From a virus: a DNA stretch of 64,000 bases. Below, one piece after another: positions 26,910-36,448 of the stretch (its first letter is position 1; each line of letters starts with the position of its first letter). The notes below the pieces were generated by a model. The model worked only from the letters and a program-made list of their open reading frames with translations, was not told where the DNA came from and ran no database searches. The stretch lies in IMG/VR virus record IMGVR_UViG_3300013426_000002, positions 1 through 64,000 of that record; one strand, 5' to 3'. The translations under genes and the position numbers were made by a program.

Positions 26910-29281
26910 CTATGTGCTTACCGTAGAATGGCACCGGGATAAATAAGTTCTCTCCCGTAGTAAGAAAAAGAATAAATCGTAAATCGTCAACAGAAAGGCA
27001 TTTAATGTATCAGTTTGGCGTCGTGGTATTGTTAGCTATACACGTTAAAAGCAATAAAATAGCGTATATAAGTTTATTAAATAGTCGACGATTTAATATA
27101 TTTATATAGACAAGTAATACAGGATATGAGAATATGATAATAGTTAACGCTATGATTCAAAAGGTAATATGATAGCTTACTATGGATTTATTACTTTATC
27201 CATGAAAAATTAGTAAGAAAATGGGATAGCGTGCAAAGCCCATAAAATCTTGAGAACCGTTTGGTGAAGATTTAAAAGACGCGATCTAGGTCAGCAGACA
27301 CGAAGACAAACTAAGCAAAGGTATCGGCATCCTAAAGTAAATATAGTTATGAGATATATTTATGAGTGTATTGAAGTCTACACAAAGGAGAAACCTATGT
27401 CCGTGGGTACGATCATGTACGAAATCAAGAAGGGACTAAACACGAGTTGCCCCTTAGTTAATATCCAAAGGTTAACTAAGTTTTGACTCCTGACTAACGT
27501 TCTTGGGTGTGTCCAAAGCATCCATTCTGAAGCTACTGTTGGAAGACGTAGATAAGATAAAAATGCTACTGTAGTGTTCTCTACAAGGTACCAAATGGTT
27601 TAAATTGGAACGTATGTTTAAATACATATAAAAGTAGATATGAAGGCAGAGAGATTAATCGAGGGTGCTATTAGGTGCTACATGAAAAAGTAAAGCAGTA
27701 CAATTCTGCAATCTTTTATTCGTGGAAATAAAGGATAACAGTCTGTGTTATTACTTTAGAGTATATGGCTGAGAGGCTATGATCCATACAATGAACTTTA
27801 AATTCATAAATATAATAAGAATTCGAGACTTTTATTATATTTGAGTATGATAGATTATCCGGATTAGGTGCCAAACCTATACTTAATAGAACGATTAATA
27901 CGAATGTGTCAGTGTTTGCTTCAAGTTATGACACAATAATATATGGAAAGAAGCAGGTTGTAAAAGTGTCCTATAACACTACTACAGAATAACGACATCC
28001 TTTAGCAAGATGGTTACTTCGCAAGAAGTGAGAGGGATCTCAATAATTTACGTTATCGAAAAGTTAAATACGCCGGTAGAAACACCGTTATCCGAGAAGA
28101 AGGGTAGAAGTTCAATCAGATCTCAGTTAAAGCTTTCCGAGAGATAAAAAGCGAAAGTGGGACTAATGATTAATTGTCAATGGGTTAAATTCAATTTGGG
28201 GACACGCCCCAATCAACTATTTCCTGACAGCAATGTATCACTGACCCGAGAGTTAACGTCACTCTTAAACAAAAGCGTGGATAACATGTTTAACTAAAGT
28301 AGTGGCTACGCCCACGAATAATAAATCCAGGGGAGTCCCCGCTAGGGATAATAGATTCTGCTGTTGTATAGTAGTATATGTTTCCTGACTGCGTCCTTGG
28401 CAAGCCAACCGTTATTGCTAATAAAACTAATAGAGTATGTTGCGCAACAATATATGTTCATTAGAAAGCGTTTCATGAATCTTCATAGACTGGATACCTG
28501 TCATGCGGAAAGAGTAGTGAAAAGTAGGTGAAAGTCCTCAATATTCGTGCTTGTAAAACAACCTATGGGCAGTATACTGCATAGAATTTAAAAACCGTTG
28601 CTGCATTTGTAGGGCAGAACTATTTAAGTAACGTTAGAAAACGACCGTATCTGTGACGGATTCGATAAAGTGGTAAATATTAACTTCTAGGAAATCATAA
28701 GCTACATGATGAGCCAATTCACGTGTGCAACTATCTTGCAAATAGTTACTTGTATTTGTGATTACTTGAGATTAACCCTGAGACGCCAGGAAATACTAAG
28801 TTAATATGATGAGCAATAGTTCCTTTCTTTTAAGCGTAAAAGAATTGTAAAATCTAAAGTAATGGTATTAGATGTGTATACAAATGTCTTGGATCTCATT
28901 AGTCCTAAGAACAAGCTGTACAAGATCAAAAATATGATAAGCTGTAGTTTACACAGACACTCGTGTAAGTAATATTAATTCTGGTATCCGAACTACATTT
29001 GTAGAAGCAAGGAAAGCAGAAAGGAAGAGGAAGTATCTACCTTGATTTTGATGTAAATAAAATCATTAATATGAAGACTATGCGTTTAAAGCAAAAAAAA
29101 AGATTACACTTTGTAAAGGATTGTACTTGAATGTACATAGACGATTAGCCATATCCTCTATATAATAAAATCTATACAAAGAGAGCAAAACTCGTTTAAT
29201 TTAAACTCATAAATATGTAAATCAATTGTTTAATCTCTCCGTAGGTGGAATCAACCACGGAATCAAAAAAGGAATTTTAAA
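26910..29281 (+). other. 2.37-kb ORF-free, G+C-elevated region; candidate large structured ncRNA(s); strand assumed from flanking genes
   Basis: The track has no ORF of 60 aa or more in any of six frames. TAA, TAG and TGA are interleaved in every frame I translated. Sampled lines are 38-48% G+C against about 12-27% in adjacent coding lines. There are many GC-rich hairpins and GNRA-like loops (see findings). Confidence 0.45.
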
Positions 29282-29821
29282 ATGGATAAATCAGTTATTT
29301 TAGCATCACAGTGTGGTGCAACACTTGGCAAATATATTCTCATTATTGAGAAAAATTCAGTAGATCCGAATTATTCACGGAAAGTACAGAATAATGAACT
29401 ACGGACTAGTCAGCAGATTAATCTTTATTCAATTAAACCCGTTAAGGTTAAAGTTGCACGGGAAGTAGAAAGTGCAGAAGGTACAAAATTCGTAGAATAT
29501 AATGATGATCCGAAGTTACGGCTTCAGATTTCTGGAATCAACGATATTGCAGATATTATCCCGAAGCCCAACGCGGAAAGTGTAAAGAATGCTATCACTC
29601 GGTTTGAAGCAACCGGTGAAAGTACAATCTTTATTGATTATCCACAGTTGACAAAAGAGGTTGTTGCCTTGAACATGGAATCACGGGGAAAACTTACAGC
29701 ATTTGTCAACGAACAGATGCGGTTTATCAAGACATTTGAAACCGCAAACGAGACTGAAATTGCTGCTTGTAAAACAGCAATGGCTGCTGAGGGCATTGAA
29801 ATTAATGGTTATTTCGGATAA
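29282..29821 (+). CDS. Hypothetical 179-aa protein
   Basis: ORF with higher-G+C codon usage. Confidence 0.75.
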   Translation: MDKSVILASQCGATLGKYILIIEKNSVDPNYSRKVQNNELRTSQQINLYSIKPVKVKVAREVESAEGTKFVEYNDDPKLRLQISGINDIADIIPKPNAESVKNAITRFEATGESTIFIDYPQLTKEVVALNMESRGKLTAFVNEQMRFIKTFETANETEIAACKTAMAAEGIEINGYFG

Positions 29822-29827
29822 TAAATC

Positions 29828-30319
29828 ATGAGTGCGCCTCTAACGAAAGAAGCGTTCCTTGATCTTCAACACATGTTTGCCGATAAGGATTTTATATCTT
29901 TGTTATTTATGGATGAGAAAGAAATAGCTAGATATATACATGTTGAAAAAGATGGTAGTGTGACGTTAGGCAGAACAAAATACAAACTTATCAATAGACT
30001 CTTTAAGGATGAGAAAGTATTGAGTACTAATGATATTTGTTTACGGCTTATTAAGGTTATTACTGGAAAAGGTGGAACGCGAAATAATGAAGCTTTTGAT
30101 TGTCTTGTAAAAGACTTTACTAAAGCTTTGGATAAAGGAGATTACTCCTATGCTATTACTCGGATATTTATTGGATATCGTCTAGGATATCTAAACGATG
30201 TTGCAGCAATGCACTCTTCTTCGGAAAAAGGTGAGGTAAGACTTCCGGATAAGCGAGTATTGGTACAAGATGGTTTTGGAGATTTCTATGCAATTAAAAT
30301 AGGTAAATATCCTAGTTAA
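29828..30319 (+). CDS. Hypothetical 163-aa protein
   Basis: ORF lying 6 nt after the previous stop. Confidence 0.7.
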   Translation: MSAPLTKEAFLDLQHMFADKDFISLLFMDEKEIARYIHVEKDGSVTLGRTKYKLINRLFKDEKVLSTNDICLRLIKVITGKGGTRNNEAFDCLVKDFTKALDKGDYSYAITRIFIGYRLGYLNDVAAMHSSSEKGEVRLPDKRVLVQDGFGDFYAIKIGKYPS

Positions 30320-30422
30320 TTAAAGTTGACTATTCTAAAGTAATAAAAAGTATTAGAATGTAAAATAGCAGATGTAACGCAACAATACAAGAAAATATAA
30401 TTATTACTTTTCAAGATATATC

Positions 30423-30455
30423 AAAGGGATTGCAGATGTAAGTCAATCCCTTTTT
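30423..30455 (+). terminator. Intrinsic terminator
   Basis: AAAGGGATTG-CAGATGTAAGT-CAATCCCTTT forms a perfect 10-bp stem, followed by TTTTTC. Confidence 0.75.
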
Positions 30456-30618
30456 CTATATCTTATAAGGCTGTGATGATGTATTCAAGAATACTAAGTG
30501 ATGGAAAGCTTCAAGAATAAGACGAAGATGTCATATCGAGATGAACACAGTCACTAGTACAGGTAGTTGATCATATTTGAGTATACTTTTATGTTTAATC
30601 AATTAAAATCAAAAGTAT

Positions 30619-31122
30619 ATGAACAAAATTAAATCAACTGAAATTATTGAAAATCGTAAGAAGTATGACAAAGAGATTAAGAAAATGTGGAATATTATTC
30701 GCACTGAAAATCTTATTGATAAAAATGCCACACGTAATTACGATATGAAAGCATTATTAGACGCAATTACAGAAATGTCTAATAATCGAATTCAGACCAA
30801 GCTGGATTCTATTGCTATTAATCTAGGTTTTAAGAATCGTAAAGACTTTCCTAAAGAAAGTATTTATCCTATTATCTATACTCTATCTGAAAAGAATGAG
30901 TATCTGGTTCAGTTAGGATCTATTCCGACTATTAATCCTAGTTTAAAAGCTAAACTTGGTAAAAAGAAATTGTTTAAAACTGAAGAAATCACTGCAGATT
31001 ATATTAATAAAATAAAGAATAAATTGCAGTTAGAGATCAACGCTTTGAAAAAGAAGCTTGAAGATTTCAACAGTAATGCTGAAATAGATATATCTTCTGC
31101 ATATATGTATTTAGCAGCATAA
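30619..31122 (+). CDS. Hypothetical 167-aa protein
   Basis: ORF in the plus-strand block. Confidence 0.7.
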   Translation: MNKIKSTEIIENRKKYDKEIKKMWNIIRTENLIDKNATRNYDMKALLDAITEMSNNRIQTKLDSIAINLGFKNRKDFPKESIYPIIYTLSEKNEYLVQLGSIPTINPSLKAKLGKKKLFKTEEITADYINKIKNKLQLEINALKKKLEDFNSNAEIDISSAYMYLAA

Positions 31123-31130
31123 GGTAAAAC

Positions 31131-31256
31131 TGGTCTCTGTAAGTTATTTTAAAGTAGTTCAAGTATCTCTATTTTTTTAATTGTGATATATTCTAATAGC
31201 ATAAAATAAAATTAAAATAACGAGTGGCAAGTGGGGTTCGAATCCCCAGAGACCAA
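31131..31256 (+). ncRNA. tRNA-like element: perfect 7-bp acceptor stem and consensus T arm enclosing an AT-rich core of about 94 nt that is not a tRNA core
   Basis: TGGTCTC (31131-37) pairs with GAGACCA (31249-55). The T arm is TGGGG-TTCGAAT-CCCCA (31232-48). The discriminator is A. No recognisable D or anticodon arm is present. Confidence 0.5.
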
Positions 31257-31299
31257 CAAGTCTCGAAATATTAATATTAACATTTTAAAAAGTAAAGTC

Positions 31300-32643
31300 A
31301 TGAAAAAAGATATCAAATCTCAAACAATTGACAATTCTATCAAAAAGTACCCGGTAGAAAGCAAAACATGGAAGTCTGATGTATATCAAGCTTTAAAATT
31401 AGGTTATAAAGTAGAAGCTTTAAACGAAGAACAATCTGATTATATTAAGAAGATTGAAACAAAATTAGCAGAAAAAGCTGCAAAAGCTAAAGTAAAAGAA
31501 GAGATGAAACAAACTCTTCTAAAAAAGATGTCAGATGCAATGAAATCTAAAAAAGCAGAAATTCTATCTGTAGCTAATGATCTTGCTGATAGAATTATTC
31601 TTCGCGCTATTGAAAAAGAAGAGCAGAAGAAAAAATTCGATGAAGCCGACAAGAAAATTAAGGATAAGGTCAAGAAAGACAAAATGGCAATAGCCGAAAA
31701 GAAACATGAACGTAAAGCAGAATTACGTAACAAAACTATTCCTAGTCCTGAAGCCATAGCTAACGCTAAGAAACAACAAGACTTTCTTGCAAAAGCTCAT
31801 GCCGTTAAACGTGAAGAGATTGAAGCTCATCTTGATAAGAAAGAAGAATTTATGGATCAATCTATAGAAGAATGGAGTAAGAAACATGAAGAACGTATTA
31901 AACACAACACGGAACTTGTTCTTAAACGATTGCATCATAAAGAGGTTAAGCTCAAACGTACTACAAAGGCTGAGAGAATTGAAGCAATTAAAGCTAAAAA
32001 AGAAGCTGGTAAAGCAGCTTTCAATGCTGAAATGAAACGTCAGGCTTCAGAAATTGCAGCAGACCGTCAGGGTTATGCTAATCGCGTAGAGAAACGTAAA
32101 CGCGCTGAGATAGAACGTCTTGCAATGATCGCAGAGCGTAGAAAATCACGTAAAGATAAGATTTTTGCAGAACATCTTAAACAACAAAAGATTCAACAAT
32201 TGAATCTTAAACGTTTTATAGAATCTGAAAAAATTCGTCTAGCACGAAAAGAAGAAAAACGTGTTAAGTATCTTACTAAGGGTGGAATAAAAGTTCCCAA
32301 AGTAAAGACTAATGTTGCTTTAGATAAAACTAGAGCAGAAGAATATATTAAAGCTGCTGAAACAAAAATGAAGGATGAAAAAATACGATATTTGATACGT
32401 ATTGCATCAATAGCTTCATCAGAAATTATAAGTGATTCTGTTTGTGCATTTATTTGTAAACCAGAAGAACTTAGTAAACGTATGAAAGAAGCTCACAATA
32501 AACATATGAAAGAAGAACCCGATACTTATGTAGGTATTTACGCTTACTCCGGTATTGGAAAAGATCAAGAGTGTGTAAGTGAGATGCTAAACGATAAATT
32601 TAAAGATCGTAGTAGAGTTAATCCTGAAAGCAAAGCAGCATAA
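31300..32643 (+). CDS. 447-aa K/E/A-rich coiled-coil protein with a small C-terminal domain
   Basis: The start is moved to the ATG at 31300 (MKKDIKSQTIDNS). The track's GTG start at 31231 lies inside the tRNA-like element. Confidence 0.75.
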   Translation: MKKDIKSQTIDNSIKKYPVESKTWKSDVYQALKLGYKVEALNEEQSDYIKKIETKLAEKAAKAKVKEEMKQTLLKKMSDAMKSKKAEILSVANDLADRIILRAIEKEEQKKKFDEADKKIKDKVKKDKMAIAEKKHERKAELRNKTIPSPEAIANAKKQQDFLAKAHAVKREEIEAHLDKKEEFMDQSIEEWSKKHEERIKHNTELVLKRLHHKEVKLKRTTKAERIEAIKAKKEAGKAAFNAEMKRQASEIAADRQGYANRVEKRKRAEIERLAMIAERRKSRKDKIFAEHLKQQKIQQLNLKRFIESEKIRLARKEEKRVKYLTKGGIKVPKVKTNVALDKTRAEEYIKAAETKMKDEKIRYLIRIASIASSEIISDSVCAFICKPEELSKRMKEAHNKHMKEEPDTYVGIYAYSGIGKDQECVSEMLNDKFKDRSRVNPESKAA

Positions 32644-32679
32644 TATAGCACAGGGGTGCGTCTGTCTAACGCACAATAT

Positions 32680-32751
32680 CGCAGGATGGCGCAAAGGTAG
32701 CGCGTTGGTTTCACGAGCCAAAGGTTGATAGTTCGAATCTATCTCCTGCAA
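32680..32751 (+). tRNA. tRNA, anticodon CAC (Val) by manual cloverleaf
   Basis: The acceptor stem is CGCAGGA/TCCTGCA, with a C1xA72 mismatch. U8 is present. The D arm is GCGC-AAAGGTA-GCGC. The anticodon arm is TTGGT-TTCACGA-GCCAA. The variable loop is AGGTT. The T arm is GATAG-TTCGAAT-CTATC. Confidence 0.75.
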
Positions 32752-32767
32752 CTAATTAACCATAGCT

Positions 32768-34684
32768 ATGAAGATTAAAGATAAGACTTGTATAGTCTTT
32801 GATATTGAAGTTTTAAAGAATATATTTACTTGTACTTGTAAAAATACTGAAACAAAACAAATTACAGTATTTGAAATATCTCCAAGAAGAGTAGATATAC
32901 AAGAATTAGTTACATTCTTTTATGAAGATTTTTATTTTGTAGGTTATAATAATATACATTATGATAATCCGATTCTAAACTATATTATAATGTTATATAA
33001 TAAACATTATTTTAATAGTTATAGTACTAGAGAATTAACAGAATCAATATTTAGAATGAGTCAATTGATAATTGATAAAAATTCTGATTTTGATTTATGG
33101 AAAGAGTATAAGTATGCTAGAAACTTCTTATCAATAGATTTATTAACAATGTTATATTCTAAAGCTTTACGAGTATCTTTAAAAGAGATGCAAGTAACAA
33201 TGCAATATAAGAATGTAGAAGAGTTTGTAGTAGATTGGCATCAAGATCTTCCTGAAAAGGATATGGATAGATTAATTTCATATAATATAAATGATGTAGA
33301 ATCTACTGAAGAATTGCTATATCGCTGTAAAGATTTATTAGAATTACGTATAGAAACTGAAAAAGACTTTGGATTGCCTTGTTTAAGTTTAGATCGAGTA
33401 AATCTTGGGGACAAATTACTTCAATTAAAAGTAATGGAAAAAACAGGATTAAATAAAAAGCAATTGGAGAATATGAAATCTCCAGCTGATTATGTTGATC
33501 TTGAAAAAGTAATATTTCCTTGGATAAAATTTGAATCTCCAATATTACAAAAAAAGTTAACTGATATGAAAAATCAGCATCATGTTTCACCAGGTAGAAA
33601 AGGATATATAAATACTTTCATATTTGGTGAAATGGAAGTAACTATTGGAGTAGGTGGTATTCATGGTGATAATGGTACTTGTATTATTAAACCAAATGAA
33701 GATGAATTATTATTAGATAGTGACGTTAATTCACTATACCCATCACTTATGAGAATGTATCATCTTTACCCACCCAAGCTAAAGGACGTATTAGGACAAA
33801 TATTCCCACAAATTATTGATGATCGTTTAGAATTTAAGAGAACTGGTCAAAAGAATAAAAATGAAACATACAAATATATGTTAAACGGTGTATCAGGTAA
33901 AATGCAAGATGAAACATCTTGGTTATATTCTCCATTTACTGTTATGCAAGTAAGAATTAATGGTCAATTGCTGCTTTTAATGCTTGCTGAGAGGCTTTTA
34001 AAGTTAGGATGTAAGTTATATCAGATTAATACTGATGGTATCTTATATAAGCTTAAAAAGGCAAAATATAAAGAATTACAGCAGATTTTAAAAGAATGGG
34101 AAGAGCTTACTATGCTTACCCTAGAAACTGAAGAATTTACTCAGTTTTATCAATTGGCAATTAATGACTATTTTGGAGTAGAACCAAACAATAAGATAAA
34201 AAAGAAAGGATTTTTTTTAACTGATGTTGAATTAGGTAAAGGTTTAACCCCTAAAATTATACCTGAAGCAATTATTAACTATTTTGTAAATAATGTCCCG
34301 GTAGAAACTACTATTAAATCATGTAGAGATATACGTAAATTTTTACAAGCTGAAAAAACTGGAAAACAATGGACAGTTGAATATAATGATCAAATTCAAC
34401 AAAGAACCAACCGTTTTTACGTTAGTAAAAGTGGATTTTATTTATGGAAATGGAAATTAGATGATACTGGTAAAAAGTCTTATCAGATTATGTTAAAAGA
34501 TTATGGAGTTAAATTACATAATAGATTTTATTCTGATGAAGATTTACAATGGAAATATTCCCAAGGAGAAACATTCCAAAGTATATATGATATAAATTAT
34601 CAGTATTACATAAATCAATGTATAAAAATAATTGAAAAACTAAAACCAAAACAGCTAAATCTGTTTAATTTTGACGAATATTAA
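32768..34684 (+). CDS. Family B DNA polymerase
   Basis: Exo I is FDIE. Exo II is YNNIHYDNPIL. Exo III is YNINDVESTEEL. Pol motif A is DSDVNSLYPSLM. Motif B is KYMLNGVSGKM. Motif C is YQINTDGILY. Confidence 0.85.
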   Translation: MKIKDKTCIVFDIEVLKNIFTCTCKNTETKQITVFEISPRRVDIQELVTFFYEDFYFVGYNNIHYDNPILNYIIMLYNKHYFNSYSTRELTESIFRMSQLIIDKNSDFDLWKEYKYARNFLSIDLLTMLYSKALRVSLKEMQVTMQYKNVEEFVVDWHQDLPEKDMDRLISYNINDVESTEELLYRCKDLLELRIETEKDFGLPCLSLDRVNLGDKLLQLKVMEKTGLNKKQLENMKSPADYVDLEKVIFPWIKFESPILQKKLTDMKNQHHVSPGRKGYINTFIFGEMEVTIGVGGIHGDNGTCIIKPNEDELLLDSDVNSLYPSLMRMYHLYPPKLKDVLGQIFPQIIDDRLEFKRTGQKNKNETYKYMLNGVSGKMQDETSWLYSPFTVMQVRINGQLLLLMLAERLLKLGCKLYQINTDGILYKLKKAKYKELQQILKEWEELTMLTLETEEFTQFYQLAINDYFGVEPNNKIKKKGFFLTDVELGKGLTPKIIPEAIINYFVNNVPVETTIKSCRDIRKFLQAEKTGKQWTVEYNDQIQQRTNRFYVSKSGFYLWKWKLDDTGKKSYQIMLKDYGVKLHNRFYSDEDLQWKYSQGETFQSIYDINYQYYINQCIKIIEKLKPKQLNLFNFDEY

Positions 34685-34729
34685 CAAAGAATATCATACT
34701 CTAGAACAGACGAATTAAAATAATTCATT

Positions 34730-35290
34730 ATGCTACTAGAAATAGATACAAGTCTATTGAAAAAGATAGACAATCTTTCATTAAGTCAGCTAGTATTTTT
34801 AAATCTTGTATTAGACAACAATCAAAAATCTATCAAAGAGGTCAAAGACATCGTTAGCCAGGTCAGCAACAATGATATACAAGATTTAATCGACAGAGGT
34901 TTTCTTATCAAAGAAGAAAAAGCTAAAAAAGTTTCATATAAAGAGACTGAACTATTAGTAAATATTATTACTGATAATGTAGATTTATTCGAAGAATTTA
35001 AAAAGCATTATCCCATAGTAGTAACAAGACCTGATGGTACTAAAGGCTTTTTACAAGGTAATTCAAAGAAATGTAAAACTCTATATAACAAAATCATTAA
35101 AAATGATATTATTTTACACAATCATATTGTTAAGTGCTTAGAAAAAGAAGTATCTGACAAACTTATGAATGGTAAAATAGGTTATATGAAGACTATGTGG
35201 AAATGGCTTACCAACTCTGAGTGGGAAATCTATGAAGAACAAATTAATGAACCAATAAACAATAATATCTATGGAACAGAACTTATCTAG
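34730..35290 (+). CDS. Hypothetical 186-aa protein upstream of the helicase (possible helicase loader by position)
   Basis: The ORF overlaps the start of helicase exon 1. Confidence 0.6.
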   Translation: MLLEIDTSLLKKIDNLSLSQLVFLNLVLDNNQKSIKEVKDIVSQVSNNDIQDLIDRGFLIKEEKAKKVSYKETELLVNIITDNVDLFEEFKKHYPIVVTRPDGTKGFLQGNSKKCKTLYNKIIKNDIILHNHIVKCLEKEVSDKLMNGKIGYMKTMWKWLTNSEWEIYEEQINEPINNNIYGTELI

Positions 35291-35468
35291 TCCATTACCA
35301 TTTAAACATATATCTGTAGCTGCTGATGAAGCAGTGGCTTATATAAAACAGCGTAAGAATCATGAAATTGAACCACTTAAAAGTAGATGGAACAAGTTTA
35401 ATTTTATGTGCTGTGGTGGTATTGAACCCGGATGTGTTTATACTATAGTAGGTGCCTCTGGCACTGGT
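35271..35468 (+). CDS. DnaB-family replicative helicase, exon 1 (66 codons, ends ...IVGASGTG)
   Basis: The Walker A is truncated after GASGTG. The last exon base is T. The in-frame stop 12 nt later lies in the intron. Confidence 0.8.
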
Positions 35469-36448
35469 AGTTGTAATTAAATTTACAATTCTTAAAACTA
35501 ATTTCTTTAAAGTCAGTTTCTATTATATTAATAAATATATTAGAAATGAAAAAAGAACGAACAATATTTGATTTTACTATATTTGATCAAATAGATTCTG
35601 AAGAAAAAGCATACTGGTTGGGATTTATTTATGCAGATGGTAATATTTCTTCTCATAAAGAAGGAGTTAAGAAAAGATATAATTTTGAATTGTCTTTATC
35701 TACTAAAGATATTAATCATTTGTATAAATTTCAAAAGTTTTTAAAATCCAATAAAGAACCAAAAATATCAATTGCTGGAAACTTATATAAATATGAACGT
35801 TGTAGAATAATTTTATCAAATAAACATTTATGGAACATTTTAAATAATTATGGTTGTGTTCCTAAAAAATCATTAACATTAAAATTCCCAAATGAAACTA
35901 TTTTTAAAGATAAAGCTTTAATTAAAGATTTCATTAGAGGTTATTTTGATGGAGATGGTTGTATTAGTTATTGTGATAATAAACACGAACATATGACAAT
36001 CTCTATATTAGGTACTAAAGAATTTTTAGAAACACTTCAGAATTATCTACCATTAGAAAAAGAAAATAAAATTCATAAACATAAAAATGTATATTTATTA
36101 AGTTTTCAAAGAAGTAGAGGCAAATATATATTAAATTATTTATATAGTAATTCAACAATTTTTCTAGAAAGAAAAGAAATTAGATATAAAGAATACTGCC
36201 GTCTATATTAGGAATAATATAGAATATTATCGGGCAAATACGGGGGAAGTCTGAAACGATAATCCCGTGGTAAATAAATTAGATTACGAAAGGCTAACTA
36301 TCACCGTACAGCGTAGAAGATGAATAAATATAATTCTTCCAAGAGTGTCCGATATCCCAACTGAAACAAGTGGATAAAAAGGTACGCGGAGCTATAGAGA
36401 ATAAAATCTATAGAAATTGAGATAAAAAGCTCAATGATAACAAAACTG
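35469..36448 (+). mobile_element. Group I intron (980 nt) carrying a LAGLIDADG endonuclease ORF, inserted in the helicase P-loop
   Basis: The exon junction restores GASGTG|KSSFVNTLE (GxxGxGKS). The 5' splice site follows U and the intron ends in G (..AAAACTG|AAATCA). A G+C-rich structured tail of about 237 nt follows the ORF (e.g. ACGGGGGAAGTCTGAAACGATAATCCCGTGG and GGCTAACTATCACCG). It is reminiscent of phage IA introns. Confidence 0.8.
35546..36211 (+). CDS. LAGLIDADG homing endonuclease (intron-encoded)
   Basis: It has two LAGLIDADG motifs: YWLGFIYADGNIS and FIRGYFDGDGCIS. Confidence 0.85.
   Translation: MKKERTIFDFTIFDQIDSEEKAYWLGFIYADGNISSHKEGVKKRYNFELSLSTKDINHLYKFQKFLKSNKEPKISIAGNLYKYERCRIILSNKHLWNILNNYGCVPKKSLTLKFPNETIFKDKALIKDFIRGYFDGDGCISYCDNKHEHMTISILGTKEFLETLQNYLPLEKENKIHKHKNVYLLSFQRSRGKYILNYLYSNSTIFLERKEIRYKEYCRLY

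Noticed and set aside
27725-28520. Short resemblances to 23S rRNA strings (GGATAACAG at about 27733, GCGGAAAGAG at about 28505)
   Set aside because: The flanking sequence does not match the rRNA context. The order of the two strings is opposite to that in 23S rRNA, and no other universal rRNA motif is present.
26910-29281. Possibility that the ORF-free region is a protein gene read with a reassigned stop codon (TAG->Gln or TGA->Trp, as in some crAss-like phages)
   Set aside because: In each frame I translated, all three stop codons occur within short distances. For example 27541-27640 has TAG, TAA, TAG and TGA in one frame, and 27901-28170 has TAA, TAA, TAG, TAG and TAA. All recognisable late genes in the window (terL, portal, giant proteins) read through with the standard code.
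31231-31299. GTG start at 31231 for the coiled-coil protein, and TTG starts at 40962, 37217 and 16295
   Set aside because: The alternative-start extensions overlap a tRNA-like element or a duplicated primase remnant. In-frame ATGs with the usual A-rich upstream context are available a few codons downstream.
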